Of a stretch of DNA of 64,000 bases, positions 25,794-37,731 are shown in pieces. The notes under the pieces were generated by a model. It saw nothing but the letters and a program-made list of their open reading frames with translations. It did no database searches and was not told where the DNA came from. This stretch comes from Antedon mediterranea (Eukaryota; Animalia; Echinodermata). The stretch is from NCBI RefSeq assembly GCF_964355755.1, contig NC_092670.1, positions 10,526,795-10,590,794 of the forward strand, in the 5' to 3' direction. How positions within the stretch are numbered: position 1 is the first letter of the stretch; each line of letters opens with the position of its first letter. A program made the translations under genes and the position numbers.

Positions 25794-27676
25794 TAGACTT
25801 GCCCCAAGTCTGTATTATCTTTTTTTTTATTTATTTGTTTTTATTTCGACCGCGATTTTTGTCTGAAAATACAGACTTGTGAAACACGTATAGAAATCGA
25901 TTTGCAGACCGCAAACATACGATAAGAATGACGTAGGTTATCATACCGTATTTGGCTATATGGGGCGGGCGGTATGTAAATATGGATTTCGAATCAACCA
26001 ATGATCATTTTGTTTCAAAATGAAAGAGATCGAGTACGTAGGCCTACCAGTGCTTAATGTACGATCGAGACTGTTGAAATATAAAATAGTAATGCCAAGT
26101 TGTTTTGTTTATTAATTGTTTAGTCCTTGGCCTAGGCCTCTTTCGTATGTCCTACTCAACTCGCACGTATGACCTGCCAAATAAAACGCCAATGAAGTAG
26201 GCCAACATACCACCGGCAGCGATTTTTTTTTTCGTACATAAGTTGGGGACCCCTCATGAAACGTCACAAAATAAACATGAATAATTCATCAGTTAAATTT
26301 GTTGTTCCGTGTGCACCCAAGCGTATAGCAACAAGAAGTGATTACACAACTGCGATACCAGATACGATACTTTCTACACAGTAGGCCTAGTATTCTAAGT
26401 CAATTCACGCGATTGCCTTCGCGCACTCTTCTCACACACACCACTATGCAAAATGTGTCGAGTCGAGGCTAATCGACAGCTAGGCAAGACATTAAACTAA
26501 GTAGTAATTCATTGGACATAGCCCAAAGAAAGCTTAGACCCACAAGAATATAGAATGTGTATAATTTGTTTACTGTATTTTTTTAATTCTGCTCTTTTAT
26601 TATCAAACATTATACATGTACTCAAAGGAACTTTAAAAATGCGCGTATATGAACACATGAGATGGGAAGATTAGACCCACGAGAATAAAACATTTATTTT
26701 TGTGTAATGTTTATTGTTTAATTTTGCTGACTTATTTTACTCGGATTGTTTCATACCTAACACACACACGTCACACACACCCACACAGCTACTACACTAG
26801 AATAGACATGGGTTTAGAGACTAATAATTAGGCCTAATAGTATTAATAGAAACTATAATGTTAACACGTAATTCTTTAGTAATAAATTATATTAAAAACA
26901 CCATAAACTAAATGCTGATTATTTCGACAATCCACACAAAACGCCGCTTTTCTTCTATGAAATCGCACGCCGCAACAACAGCGGAGATAGGCCTAGAATC
27001 GTACCGCACTTGTGTAATCACTTCTTGTTGCTATACGCTTGGGTGCACACGGAACAAGAAAATTGAACTGATGAATTATTCATATTTATTTTGTGACGTT
27101 TCATGAGGGGGTCCCCAACTTATGTACGAAAAAAAAAATCGCCCACCGGCACACAACAGGGCTACACCACCACACAGAACAGGACAGGGTCTCGGTGGGA
27201 ATTAAATCAAAATTATCTCCGCATAATAAATGATCCATTCAATGTTTGATTTGCGGAGAAGCTAGCCTATCATATATCAAGACGAGTTTTCATGTTTCAA
27301 AGATCCCATCAAATGTTTACCAGACTACTAGGCATATAAATAATTTCTAGCCTTCAGAACTTTCATAAATGTACCCAAGTACACATTGTCTAAACGTAAC
27401 ATAGCGCATGCGCATAATCTTAGTTGTGGAGTCTTTGAAATTCTGAAATATGAATATTTAAACGGTGTACGAGAGAGTAGCCAATCGCATGCAGCTGAAA
27501 CTAGTCAACCGGATAATCGTATGCACCAAGAATTCTTGGTGTCAAACCACGTGACTTGTGCGTGTTTCCCCAGACGGAGTATCCAAAATCAAGTAGTATA
27601 CGTATGAAACGCCATATGTGCCAAAATATTTATCTTTACTAATATTAAGACAAAACTCCGTCTGGAACCCAGACTA
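25794..27676. mobile_element. AcademH-like candidate, copy 2 (independent insertion)
   Basis: Near-identical to 10292-11248 but with a different 9-bp TSD tctaaaggt (25785-25793, 27677-27685). A third 5' fragment lies at about 46715-46825. Confidence 0.82.
26219..27142. mobile_element. Mutator-type MITE with ~130-bp TIRs, nested in copy 2
   Basis: gcgatttt...aaaatcgc termini; 9-bp TSD ccaccggca (26210-26218, 27143-27151). Absent from copy 1. Confidence 0.9.
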
Positions 27677-27793
27677 TCTAAAGGTCAACATCGCCTTCTA
27701 TCTATTTTCAAGACGTAAGGAGTGCAGGGTGTGACGTCATATGTGAGATGTGCTCCTTCAGATGTATTTACATAAATTGTTGCCAATACTTAC

Positions 27794-27930
27794 TGTCCAT
27801 CCTGCATCACTTCTCATGTCACAGTACACAGTAATTTGTGGTCCTCCATCACATAGCTGTATCACATATTGACCACTCACAGCAGAAGGATTATTTTGTA
27901 AAATGTTACTACACTCCCTCATAAAACACT
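27794..27930 (-). CDS. FReD gene A, first FReD exon (not in the ORF track)
   Basis: tttag|ag CFMRECSNILQNNPSAVSGQYVIQLCDGGPQITVYCDMRSDAGWT |gtaagt; 137 nt, phase 1 to 0. Confidence 0.9.
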
Positions 27931-28192
27931 CTAAAATTACAAAATTTGAAGATCACGTATTAGATATAACATTGAAATAAGCCTATACATTGAATGAAAC
28001 GTCCATTTGGTTATAAGATTGATTTTATAGTAGGTAAATACAAGTGAAAGTACTTTAAGAATATTAAAGAGAACATTTCCTATAGGCAAATTCAACAGAA
28101 ACAAAATGTCACTGCCAGCAGCCAATCAATAATAATAAAAGTGAACCTCCATATGAAAAATAAATTTATTTAATAATAAATTGTATACTTAC

Positions 28193-28251
28193 TTGTTTTG
28201 GGAATCAGTGGCCAGGACATGAAGAAAAATGAAATATAAAATAATTAACAT
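28193..28251 (-). other. Candidate short exon of gene A (signal-peptide-like MLIILYFIFLHVLATDSQN, or a linker micro-exon)
   Basis: Strong gtaagt donor at 28187-28192, but in the ATG frame its phase (2) does not match the next exon (1), and there is no clean AG acceptor. Confidence 0.3.
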
Positions 28252-29824
28252 AATGACCGTATATAGATAGAATGCCGCTATTACAGTAATTTAATAACTA
28301 CAGACTATAGTTTTGGAGAGAGAGAGAGAGAGAAGAGGAACAGCATTTGACAGTAGTTGAAATAGTGAACTTCCTATTGAGAGTGACCACACGATAATGT
28401 AGGTGCATCACATTGGCCAATTAGTGTAGATATGCTAGTTTAAAGTCACATCTAAAGACGTTATTTTTTATCATACGTCCACTACACAGTCATGCATCAT
28501 GCCTGCGTAGAAATGTATTCTGATCACGAATGTATAAATTTATGACTTTTGAGCCCATTATTATTTATAATTTATTTAAACGTAATTGCTTTTTGTGCTG
28601 ATAGTTTTTAATTTATTTACACGCAGATTACACCAATATAGTAGTCTCACCATGACAGTAAATCAAGAACTAAATAAAGTTTCTTCTTTCAAATAAATTT
28701 TTTCTTTTGGATGAACAAAATATTGGAATACTATACAGAGATCCAGATGAACGTTTTTACTACTTTTTGCTTAAAATCTAATAACGTATCACCCAATATA
28801 CTTACAACAAATGATATCATGTGTAGTAGACTACACATAACAATATTCAAATTATGATTGACAATATTGCTATTTCACAGGTTTCTCATTAAAATTATAG
28901 ATGAAACACTAACATGGGGGCATTCCAAAGTATATATATATTTTTAAAATTGTATAATTTTGCTATTGAAAAAAATGAAAAAATTAGTTTTTTTACATCA
29001 ATTTAGTCTTTTATTTACAAATCAAAATATTATTCAACCTTTGAAACACTGTTGAAGTTTAGGTCAAGTGAAAATATTAAAATTCTTAAAATAATATAAA
29101 GTATTATTTATGAAATTAATTATTCAAAGAGTTATAAAGAGAAGCAATAATTTTTAAATGTTATCAAAGTAATTTATTTATTTAAAAAAAGTTATGTTTC
29201 GTATAAATAAATCTTCAAGCTATTAACACATTTAAGGCGAATCTTTAAAAATTGACATTGGCATTTGACGTCTGAATTTCCAAGTTGAAACTGAAATTTT
29301 CTTCTATCTTTTGTTTGTCTTAATAATTTTGCATCTGATTTATAAAGGTTCACAAAGAATGAAATCTACCAAGTGAAAAAAAAACTTGTTTAAATCTATT
29401 GCAATTTAATATCTTTAAGAACAGTTGAAAAGTAAGTTTTGAAAATACAGATTTTGGAATCATTATTTCAGTAAACACTAAAATGAGGAAAAAAACCCAA
29501 CCAAAATTTCTCAGAAGTGACAATTATGAATTTTTAAATAAAAATTGAATATGAATATGAAATTAATAAAGGAACAATTTTAATAAAATATTTGAATATG
29601 AACAAACTCGCCATTTCTTGAAGTGCCCTTTTAAACTATACTAGGCTAGTCCTAGGAAAAATCCATACCAGCATTTATTTATCCTTTATGAATTTTAAAT
29701 GGTAAAATAAATTGATACTTGACTCTCTTTTATATTGATAGAAATATTTTTCTATTTTATATATGGATTTAATTGATATTTGGATTTAAGTGATTCCTCT
29801 TAATATTTTAGTTCATTACTTTTA

Positions 29825-32069
29825 CTAGATGGTACGCTCGCTTCGCTCGCGTACCATCTAGGTCGTGCCCACAGATGGTTCTCGAATACATAATAATTTC
29901 AGCGTTAAAGAACTGGCGATTTCAAATGTACGTACCGCAGGACAATAAACATGTCGTTTACAGGAACGAATAAATAGACACTATGATTTATGTACTCAAC
30001 TAAAATTAGCACCCTGGGAATTACTTCCGAAAGAGAAACTTGTCACAAAATGAGACACATTGTTTAAGTCAAATTTAAACAAACTTAATTTGTGTTTTGT
30101 ATGTAACATTAGGGTTGAGGGATAGGGAAGAGGATGGGTGCAAAGAAGAACAATTTTTAAATATATTCTTTATCCATTTAGTAACGAAATATTAATTGTT
30201 TTCATGTTGTACAAATAATATACCACTATACACAGTAAAACATTGCGATTTAATACTTTGTTGAAACTATCACCGTCGATTGAAATAGTATAGTACATGT
30301 ATCGATACATCACTACGACGTGTATATGTTTATATAATTTAAAACAATTTGTGAAAACCACCTCTATTTGGGCAAAATCATAAATTCGATTTAATGGTCA
30401 ATAAATATTAAATTATCTAACTCACCTTAATTAGTAGGCATAATGGTTTTCAATTGTTTCTTAGCAGCCAATTCATACTTAAGTTGGTTCCTACCCTACC
30501 CTCCAAAGTTGTTCTGCGTTTAGTTAGGGCATGTGATGTACCGTAGGCCCATCCTCTACTGGTTTTACAACGCTACTCATGCCAGTGAGGGAAGGGTGGT
30601 GATAGTGGTTATGTATATCCAACCTCTGCAGCACAGATTGATATGGAACGCCGTTTACGCAACATTTTGATGATATGAATTTTATGACGCGATATGTGAA
30701 TGAAATGCATCGATATGAATTGAATGGCGCGAGATATGAATAAAATGTTTTGAATTGAATGCTTTGAATTGAATGTTTTGAATGAAATGTTTTGAATGAA
30801 ATGTTTTGAATGAAATGTTTTGAATTGAATGTTTTGAATAAAATGTTTTGAATGAAATGTTTTGAACGAAATGTTTTGAATGAAATGTTTTGAATGAAAT
30901 GTTTTGAATGAAATGTTTGAATTGAATTGAAAAGTCAAACTATTGGCGGCGTATGTCATTCCCGCTCGCGATTTTGTTTTAACCTCTTAGGCCTAGGCCT
31001 GGGTACCCTCATCTCCTTTCCACGCTGTCCTCAATATGGATCCTTTACAGAGAATCCTAACAGACCTGAAACATTGGAATACATATTTCCGAACCCAGGT
31101 CTGTTAGGATTCTCTGTAAAGGCAGCGTGGAAAGGAGATGAGGGTACCCACGCTTAGGCCTAAGAGGTTGAGAAAAAAATCGCGAGCGGGAATGACATAC
31201 GCCATCAATAGTTTGACTTTTCAATTCAATTCAAACATTTCATTCAAAACATTTCATTTAAAACATTTCATTCAAAACATTTCATTCAAAACATTTCATT
31301 CAAAACATTGCATTCAAAACAATTTATTCAAAACATTTCATTCAAAACATTTCATTCAAAACATTCAATTCAAAGCATTCAATTCAAAACATTTCATTCA
31401 TATATCGCACCATTCAATTCATATCGATGCATTTCATTCACATATCGCGTCATAAAATTCATATCATTGAAATGTTGCGTAAACGGCGTTCCATAGATTG
31501 AAATGGTTGGGTTGGTTGAAAAAAAAATGGATCGAATTTCTGTTATGAGTATACAGTACTTGCCTTTACGACGCCTGAGGGAATAGACACTTGTGGAACA
31601 GAGATTGGAATGTTCCATTCATCGCAAATCAATACATTTGTATAAACGTATATTAAATCTATCAAAATAGTATTTTTTTAAGAAAATCGGCCTGTCTTCA
31701 ACATTATGATGCTGTACTCGAGCTGTTCAACCGGTTTTCAGCCATTAAAAACAATTATCGTAGGAGGAGATAGGAAAATGCGAAGCATCCTCGTATTATT
31801 GTCTGCGGGTATTTTTCAAGACGGACATCCATTAGACAGTGTATACCGCGATCGAAAAACACCCCTATTTGGGGCAAATCGTTGAACCTAAATTCGTTTT
31901 AATCGTCAATAACTAATTATCGAACTCAATTTAATTAGTAATCAGGGTTACATCTGGTGGTTAAAATCAGTACCGAAAGTACGAACCAACTTTATAAACC
32001 ATCGAGTAAACATTCTAGAAATAACGCGCGATTTACCGAATGTTGCCCTTACGTAAATTTATATATAGA
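29825..32069 (-). mobile_element. Non-autonomous Helitron, copy 1
   Basis: 5' TC and 3' CTAG between host A and T, no TSD. 3' hairpin ctagatggtacgc-gagcgaagcga-gcgtaccatctag. Homologous, in inverted orientation, to 49483-50977. Confidence 0.85.
30642..31495. mobile_element. Almost fully palindromic MITE, IS3EU-like
   Basis: TATGGAACG...CGTTCCATA termini; 6-bp TSD gattga (30636-30641, 31496-31501). Arms contain 15-bp tgaatgaaatgtttt repeats. Absent from Helitron copy 2. Confidence 0.8.
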
Positions 32070-32190
32070 TGTACTAAACACCTTCAGGAGCCAACAAAAT
32101 TCAATAGGCGTTTCCCCAAAACCATGTTTTGTTGAATACTACGTACGTTGTTCATTCCATCAGTACACTAAATCAGAAAATTTAACTCAC

Positions 32191-32481
32191 CCTTTCAATG
32201 TAACTAAACTCAGGCTTTTGAATTATGTTGTTTTCAATTGATGCTTCTTCCAGTATTTGCTTACTGATTTGACAAACATGATCTTTCTGGTTATAGTTGA
32301 CCGACAAGCAGTATGATTTGTGGGAACATTCCAGCAAACAATTTACACGGCTTATATTCTTCAACTCATAACTCCAACCATCAAGAGCCTGCCCCTGGAT
32401 AACTGTATAGAATGAATTGGTCGAAAGAACGACAATAGGCAGAAGATTAAGAACGACAACCAAAGTTGCAAACGTATGCAT
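32191..32481 (-). CDS. Signal peptide + PAN/apple domain exon, probable first exon of FReD gene A
   Basis: MHTFATLVVVLNLLPIVVLS then C-LLE-C...C-LSVNY...C-QIS...FSYIER|gtgagt. Same strand and upstream of the FReD exons; linkage inferred. Confidence 0.75.
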
Positions 32482-35400
32482 TGCGACGTTTTGGAAATAC
32501 GTATTGACAAAATAAAATGTATGATGTGCCTTCAAATGCAACTTGTCGTACACCAATATTTGTGGTAATAAGGAACTACTGTACGTTTTCATCTTCTGAT
32601 GTGCGTATTATAGATGTTCCATCCAAGTATAATACAATAGAACTTTGTCTGCACCAATCAAAAAGGTGTTAGTAATAATAAGGTATAATTACATAACAAT
32701 GTATGAACAAACTTGATGCTTTTTTTCTAATAGCCTATCAAATTCCTGGTTATTTTTACATTGATGACCGAATAAATATTATTATTATTATGCATGGAGT
32801 TATAGTTTTTGAATTATTATTAAATAAATTAAAGAAATTATCATTAAATCATAACTTAAAGCAAAAGAGGACACATCCATCATACAGTTGACATAGAGTT
32901 CTGCGATGCTGACGTCACAACAGTAGGTGGCGCTGCGTGGTTGCTAGCCAACCAAAAAATGCGTTCAACCTGCCTGAGTGACTTCAAGGTCACCACATAA
33001 AATGTAAACATATAAAGGATTATTGTCCTTTACTGAATTTTCCTCTTTCAATCTTTATAATATTATATAGTATTATATGGTGATGCTATTAAATGACATA
33101 AAATGTAAACATATATAAAGGATTATTGTCAAGTTTACTGAATTTTCTTCTTTCAATCTTTATAATAGGATAGTATTATAATGGTGATGCTATTAAAATT
33201 CAAACATATTGTAATGTTTGTCTTCCACTTGTCTCTATTCTTAGATATTATTATTTAAAACACGCTCTCTGCACGTAGAATAATAGCATCTGCATAGTTT
33301 AGTATCTTGTTTGAAAATGAAGGTTAATGTAGTGAAATGATAAACATTATTACACTACAAATCAATATTTAGAGTAACCATGAGGTGACTTTGGTATTGA
33401 CACAGAGGGACAGGTGTAAGCTCCTATTTTTCACGCTGCTGCTCTAGCCCGCTACGTCACACGAGATGACTCATTCATTAGATGAAATCAAGCAGCAGTA
33501 ATAGTACTACACTTTGACATTTTTGTTAAAATGGAAACTCGACTATAATTTATAGGTACAGTACCTGCACCTGTTGAATCCAAAAAACGGCTGGGAAAAG
33601 AGTCTAATGACAAATCCCAAAGCATTTCTGGTATTTATGAGTCCCATGATATTACTATAATTCACTGTCAGATAATCATTGAATTATTATCAAAACAGTC
33701 CATTGAAGTTTTTGTTTGTAATAGGATACTTGAAGTATCTAGGCTTGATGAAGTGACCCCCAGACTTGACCTTAGCAATAACAATAAGCAAGCAGCGTTT
33801 TTTGTAAGAAATATTCTTGTTTACAACTGTAATTGGCTGAATCACGATTTAAAAGAATATGTGTGTTTTAATCATTGACAGTACCCAAATGACTACAATT
33901 TAATTGTTAAGTTTAAAGTATGGAACCTGCAAAGTAATATTTTCACCCGTATTTTCATTACAGTAAAGTGTTTGTACTGTTTTCTTAATTATCAGTACAA
34001 TTAAATCAATTAGTGTATGTCCATGGCAAAAGTTGAAATGAACTATGGTGACCAATTAATACAGAAACAGGAAGTTCCTAAGTCCTGTGGGGCTATGTTT
34101 GTGTCCAGTTGTGACAGTTTTATCCTAAATTTCGTCAGTCTATCTTGAGATCTGATCGAGAAGCCTCAGAAAAAGGATATGTTTTACTTTACTTTTGTAT
34201 TAGATTTGGTTAATTTTATGCTTAGGATTTAGATTTTTTTTTGGCTAAGCTCTTAGACTGAATTGAATTTATATTTTGTAGACTAAGTTTTATTTCTGTT
34301 TAACTATTATTTGCTTGTTAACAAATAATTGACGTCACCGTCATGCACAATAATGATTGATAGGCACACACCAGTTAAATTATATATTTACTGCCAAGAA
34401 AGGTGTAGTGTAGTGCAGGTTTATCAAGTATCAATTTATTTTGAGCCTTTGTATTTTTTAGTTAAGACTTTTTATGTTGTTATTCTTAGTTTAAGTATAC
34501 TTTTGAGACTTCATTGCTCAAATGTATATATTTTTAATCTATACATTTAAAGGCACTCTTTAATTAACTTGCATAGTGTAAAGAAGCTGAATCTATAACT
34601 TTTTGTTATAATGACCTACAAAATGAGTTTGTCAGTCCTATCAAATATGTTGAAGTATTGCAAAATATTAACTTGATTTATTTTAGGCTGTATGTGGTAT
34701 ATACGAACATGAAATAAGACTTCGTATGAGGCCAGTGCCAAGAGAGCCACTGAGCTGGTAAGACATTAAGATATAATTATTAATTACAAGTTATATAAGT
34801 GTAATGTGGTCGTTTTCTAAAGAGAATTGGAAATCCTTTATTTTCACGAATAATTGTATTTTGATATTTAGGCCTATAGTTATGCATTGCTGCTCAAATT
34901 TAATTTAGTTTATTAAGTTTATTATATATCCTTAATTACATTTTTTTGCATGGAGTTTATTACCTTGTATTATATATTTTCAGTTTTTTCGTTTTGCTGT
35001 ATTTCTTGTTATTCAAATAAAATCATATGAACCCAACAGTGCTTTGCCGTTTCTTTTTGTGACATCCGACCATGCCCTGTAATATCCCGTATTACTACAA
35101 AATGTATTGTAGATGGAGAAGCATTCTATATACTTAAGTTTAGAGTTTACAATTTTTTATTTTCTTTTTCTATTTATACGTTTATTAATATGGATGGTAT
35201 TTCCGAAATAAAAAGAAATTGAATTGAATTGAATTGAATTAACATTAATTAATTTTCCATATGTTGTTTTCACATATCTACCACAGTATTATTTAATACA
35301 CTGCACTCTCCTCACCTCTGCTGGCTTGATGACAACTTGAGCAAAAAAAACCAACCACCTGACATGTTTTAACTTCAGATGTTGACTTGTCCAATGGCAT

Positions 35401-35921
35401 TGTCTAGTTAGGAATCAAAAATTAATATAGTACAATGTTGTATATATGATCTAGAAATGGATATACAGTATTATAGCATTATAAGATAAAGTTGTTCCTA
35501 TTCATTCTTAAATCAATATTTGAGTGTCTACTGTATTTTGTTTTCATTAATTCTAAAAGCCAGCAAAACTTCTTTTATCTTGTTTAAAAATCTCAATTAT
35601 TTCTGTTTTTACCTTTGAAATGTACTTACTTTAATTGTGTTAATTTGATTTTGATAATTTTAAGTTTAATTTTATATTTTCTTTTGTCCATTTATATACT
35701 GTATTTTGTTTATATTTATGTAGTTAAGAACTGAACCACTTTGGAAATCAGTACATTGTATTGAAAGTGTATTTCAGAATAAAGAAAGATTAAATAAATT
35801 AATTAAAATACAAAATTGAAGAGTCAAGGAATATAGTGTGCACTGGAACCTTTGAAGCATGCAGTCACAAATGAAAAAGAAAACAGAATCTTGTTAATAT
35901 ATTTAAATATACATACTGTTT

Positions 35922-36260
35922 ACTGAGTACGGGCATACTGCTGCGTTGAGACACCGGTTCGAAGTTAAGCAACATTGGGCCCGGTTGCGTTCTGGATGGG
36001 AGACCGTCTAGAAATTGCTGCGGGTGCTGTATATACTGGAGAGTGATGGTGTAATGGTAATATCGGACTAGCATGTGATAGGCATAGGTTTGAGGTTATT
36101 TGTACCATACTAATTGCATCCTTAGGCAAGATGCTTTACTCTCATTGCCTCATCCTTCGGTAGGCGCTGCACTGCTGGCTGCCGTGGGTCCGTGGAGGGC
36201 CTAATCCGAATTTCCTCAGTTTCCAGTTAAGCTTGAGGACAAACCTTTACCTTTACCTTT
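35922..36260 (+). mobile_element. 5S rRNA-derived SINE (5S head + tRNA-like segment + CORE-like segment + (tttacc)n tail)
   Basis: Head matches 5S rRNA including the internal control region (cgaagttaagcaac...ggatgggagaccg...gggtgctgta) with a deletion. Body has tccttaggcaag...ctcattgcctc. Possible TSD tactgttt. Confidence 0.8.
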
Positions 36261-37331
36261 TACTGTTTCTTCATTCTTGTTTTGTTTGTGTATTTAATAT
36301 TTAAAATTATAGACGTTTATTGTGTTACTGTTTAATATTTTTTAATGTCCCCTAGTCGCTTATTTTCTATCATATTTTTGTACATTTATGCATTTCATTG
36401 TCGTCTGGGGAATTGTCTTCTTTTGTAAAGCTTCAAAAGCATCTTAGTAACAGTTCCGACTGGAGAACAACGACTTAGTTAAATATTCTTGCAGTCTTCT
36501 GTTGTTCAATTTTTGTAATATTTTGATTTGTGGTGAAAAGAATGTTTACGGTAATCTTAACAATGTCTGTTTTCTGGTGGTGTAATTAGAAAGAAGTAAA
36601 TAATGATTGAAAATAAATTACATAAAATAAATAATTAAATATCCAAATAAATAACATTAAATGTTAACATCAAAAGGGTGGCTCAAGTTTATGCTTTGCA
36701 GGAGCGACGGGCATAAGGTAGAAACATGAGCAAGAATACTGTACTTACCACCCGTTAGATAATCATTTTTGAAATGGTGCATGTGAGGGCACATGCTGCT
36801 GACCACCTGCTGTCTTGACCTCTAAGTGACCTGATTGTGACGTAGGAAAATTGTTTGAGAATCAGTAAACACAGCATTCGGTATTTGCAAAGAAATTGGT
36901 CTAAAAACACATTTTTTAAGAAATAAAAGGTGCCCCAGCTCGAACAGCGCTATTATCGGACTTGCAGTTGAGGAGGAGATACCGGAACAAACTTTGGCTT
37001 AGTGCTATTATAATATGATGATCAACTAACAAAACATCTTAAACAGCCCTTTTGCTCGAGATTACATATCCAACCTTTCCAGAACTTGGAACCATCCCTC
37101 ACCCTCAATTTCACTTAAAACCTAAAACCCACTAATAGTATATTTTTGAATATCTTTTTAAAAAAAGTGACCAATAATCAAATCTGATGTAATAATAAAA
37201 CAATTAAAGCGTTAAATTTGACTGTTATAAGACAAAGTTTAATGTACCCTACCTAGTGAGTTTACTGGTAAAATTATTAAATAAAGAAGTTAAATTTAAT
37301 TTTGTTCTTTTAGGCCTGAAGCTGTTCATTG

Positions 37332-37731
37332 TGGGTGTCTTCCATTGTGTCCTAACCAGCTGGTCAAATCTTATGAGTTCAGAGTTCTCAACTTGCTATA
37401 GGCCTAATTGATTTCAGTAGTTTGGATAAAAAAATTCTGTAGTAATTACACAATTTCAATAGTTGTCTACATGTTTCAGAGCATGTACAAAATGAGATTC
37501 AGAAAGACTATCACACTGTGATTGTGTTTTGATTGTGTCTTCCATTGTGTCCTAACCAGCTGGTCAAATCTTATGAGTTCAGAGTTCTCAACTTGCTATA
37601 GGCCTAATTGATTTCAGTAGTTTGGATACAAAAATTCTGTAGTAATTACACAATTTCAATAGTTGTCTACATGTTTCAGAGCATGTACAAAATGAGATTC
37701 AGAAAGAATATCACACTGTGATTGTGTTTTG
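37332..37731. repeat. Tandem duplication of a 199-bp unit
   Basis: gtgtcttccattgtgtcctaaccagc...tgtgttttga occurs twice, nearly identical. Confidence 0.9.

Noticed and set aside
30609-31496. Mirror-image ORFs with FKTFHSKHFIQNI repeats
   Set aside because: Translation of the 15-bp repeats in the arms of the palindromic MITE.
35926-36032. Functional 5S rRNA gene (also about 48205-48310)
   Set aside because: Internal deletion, no oligo-T terminator, and continues into a SINE body and tail.
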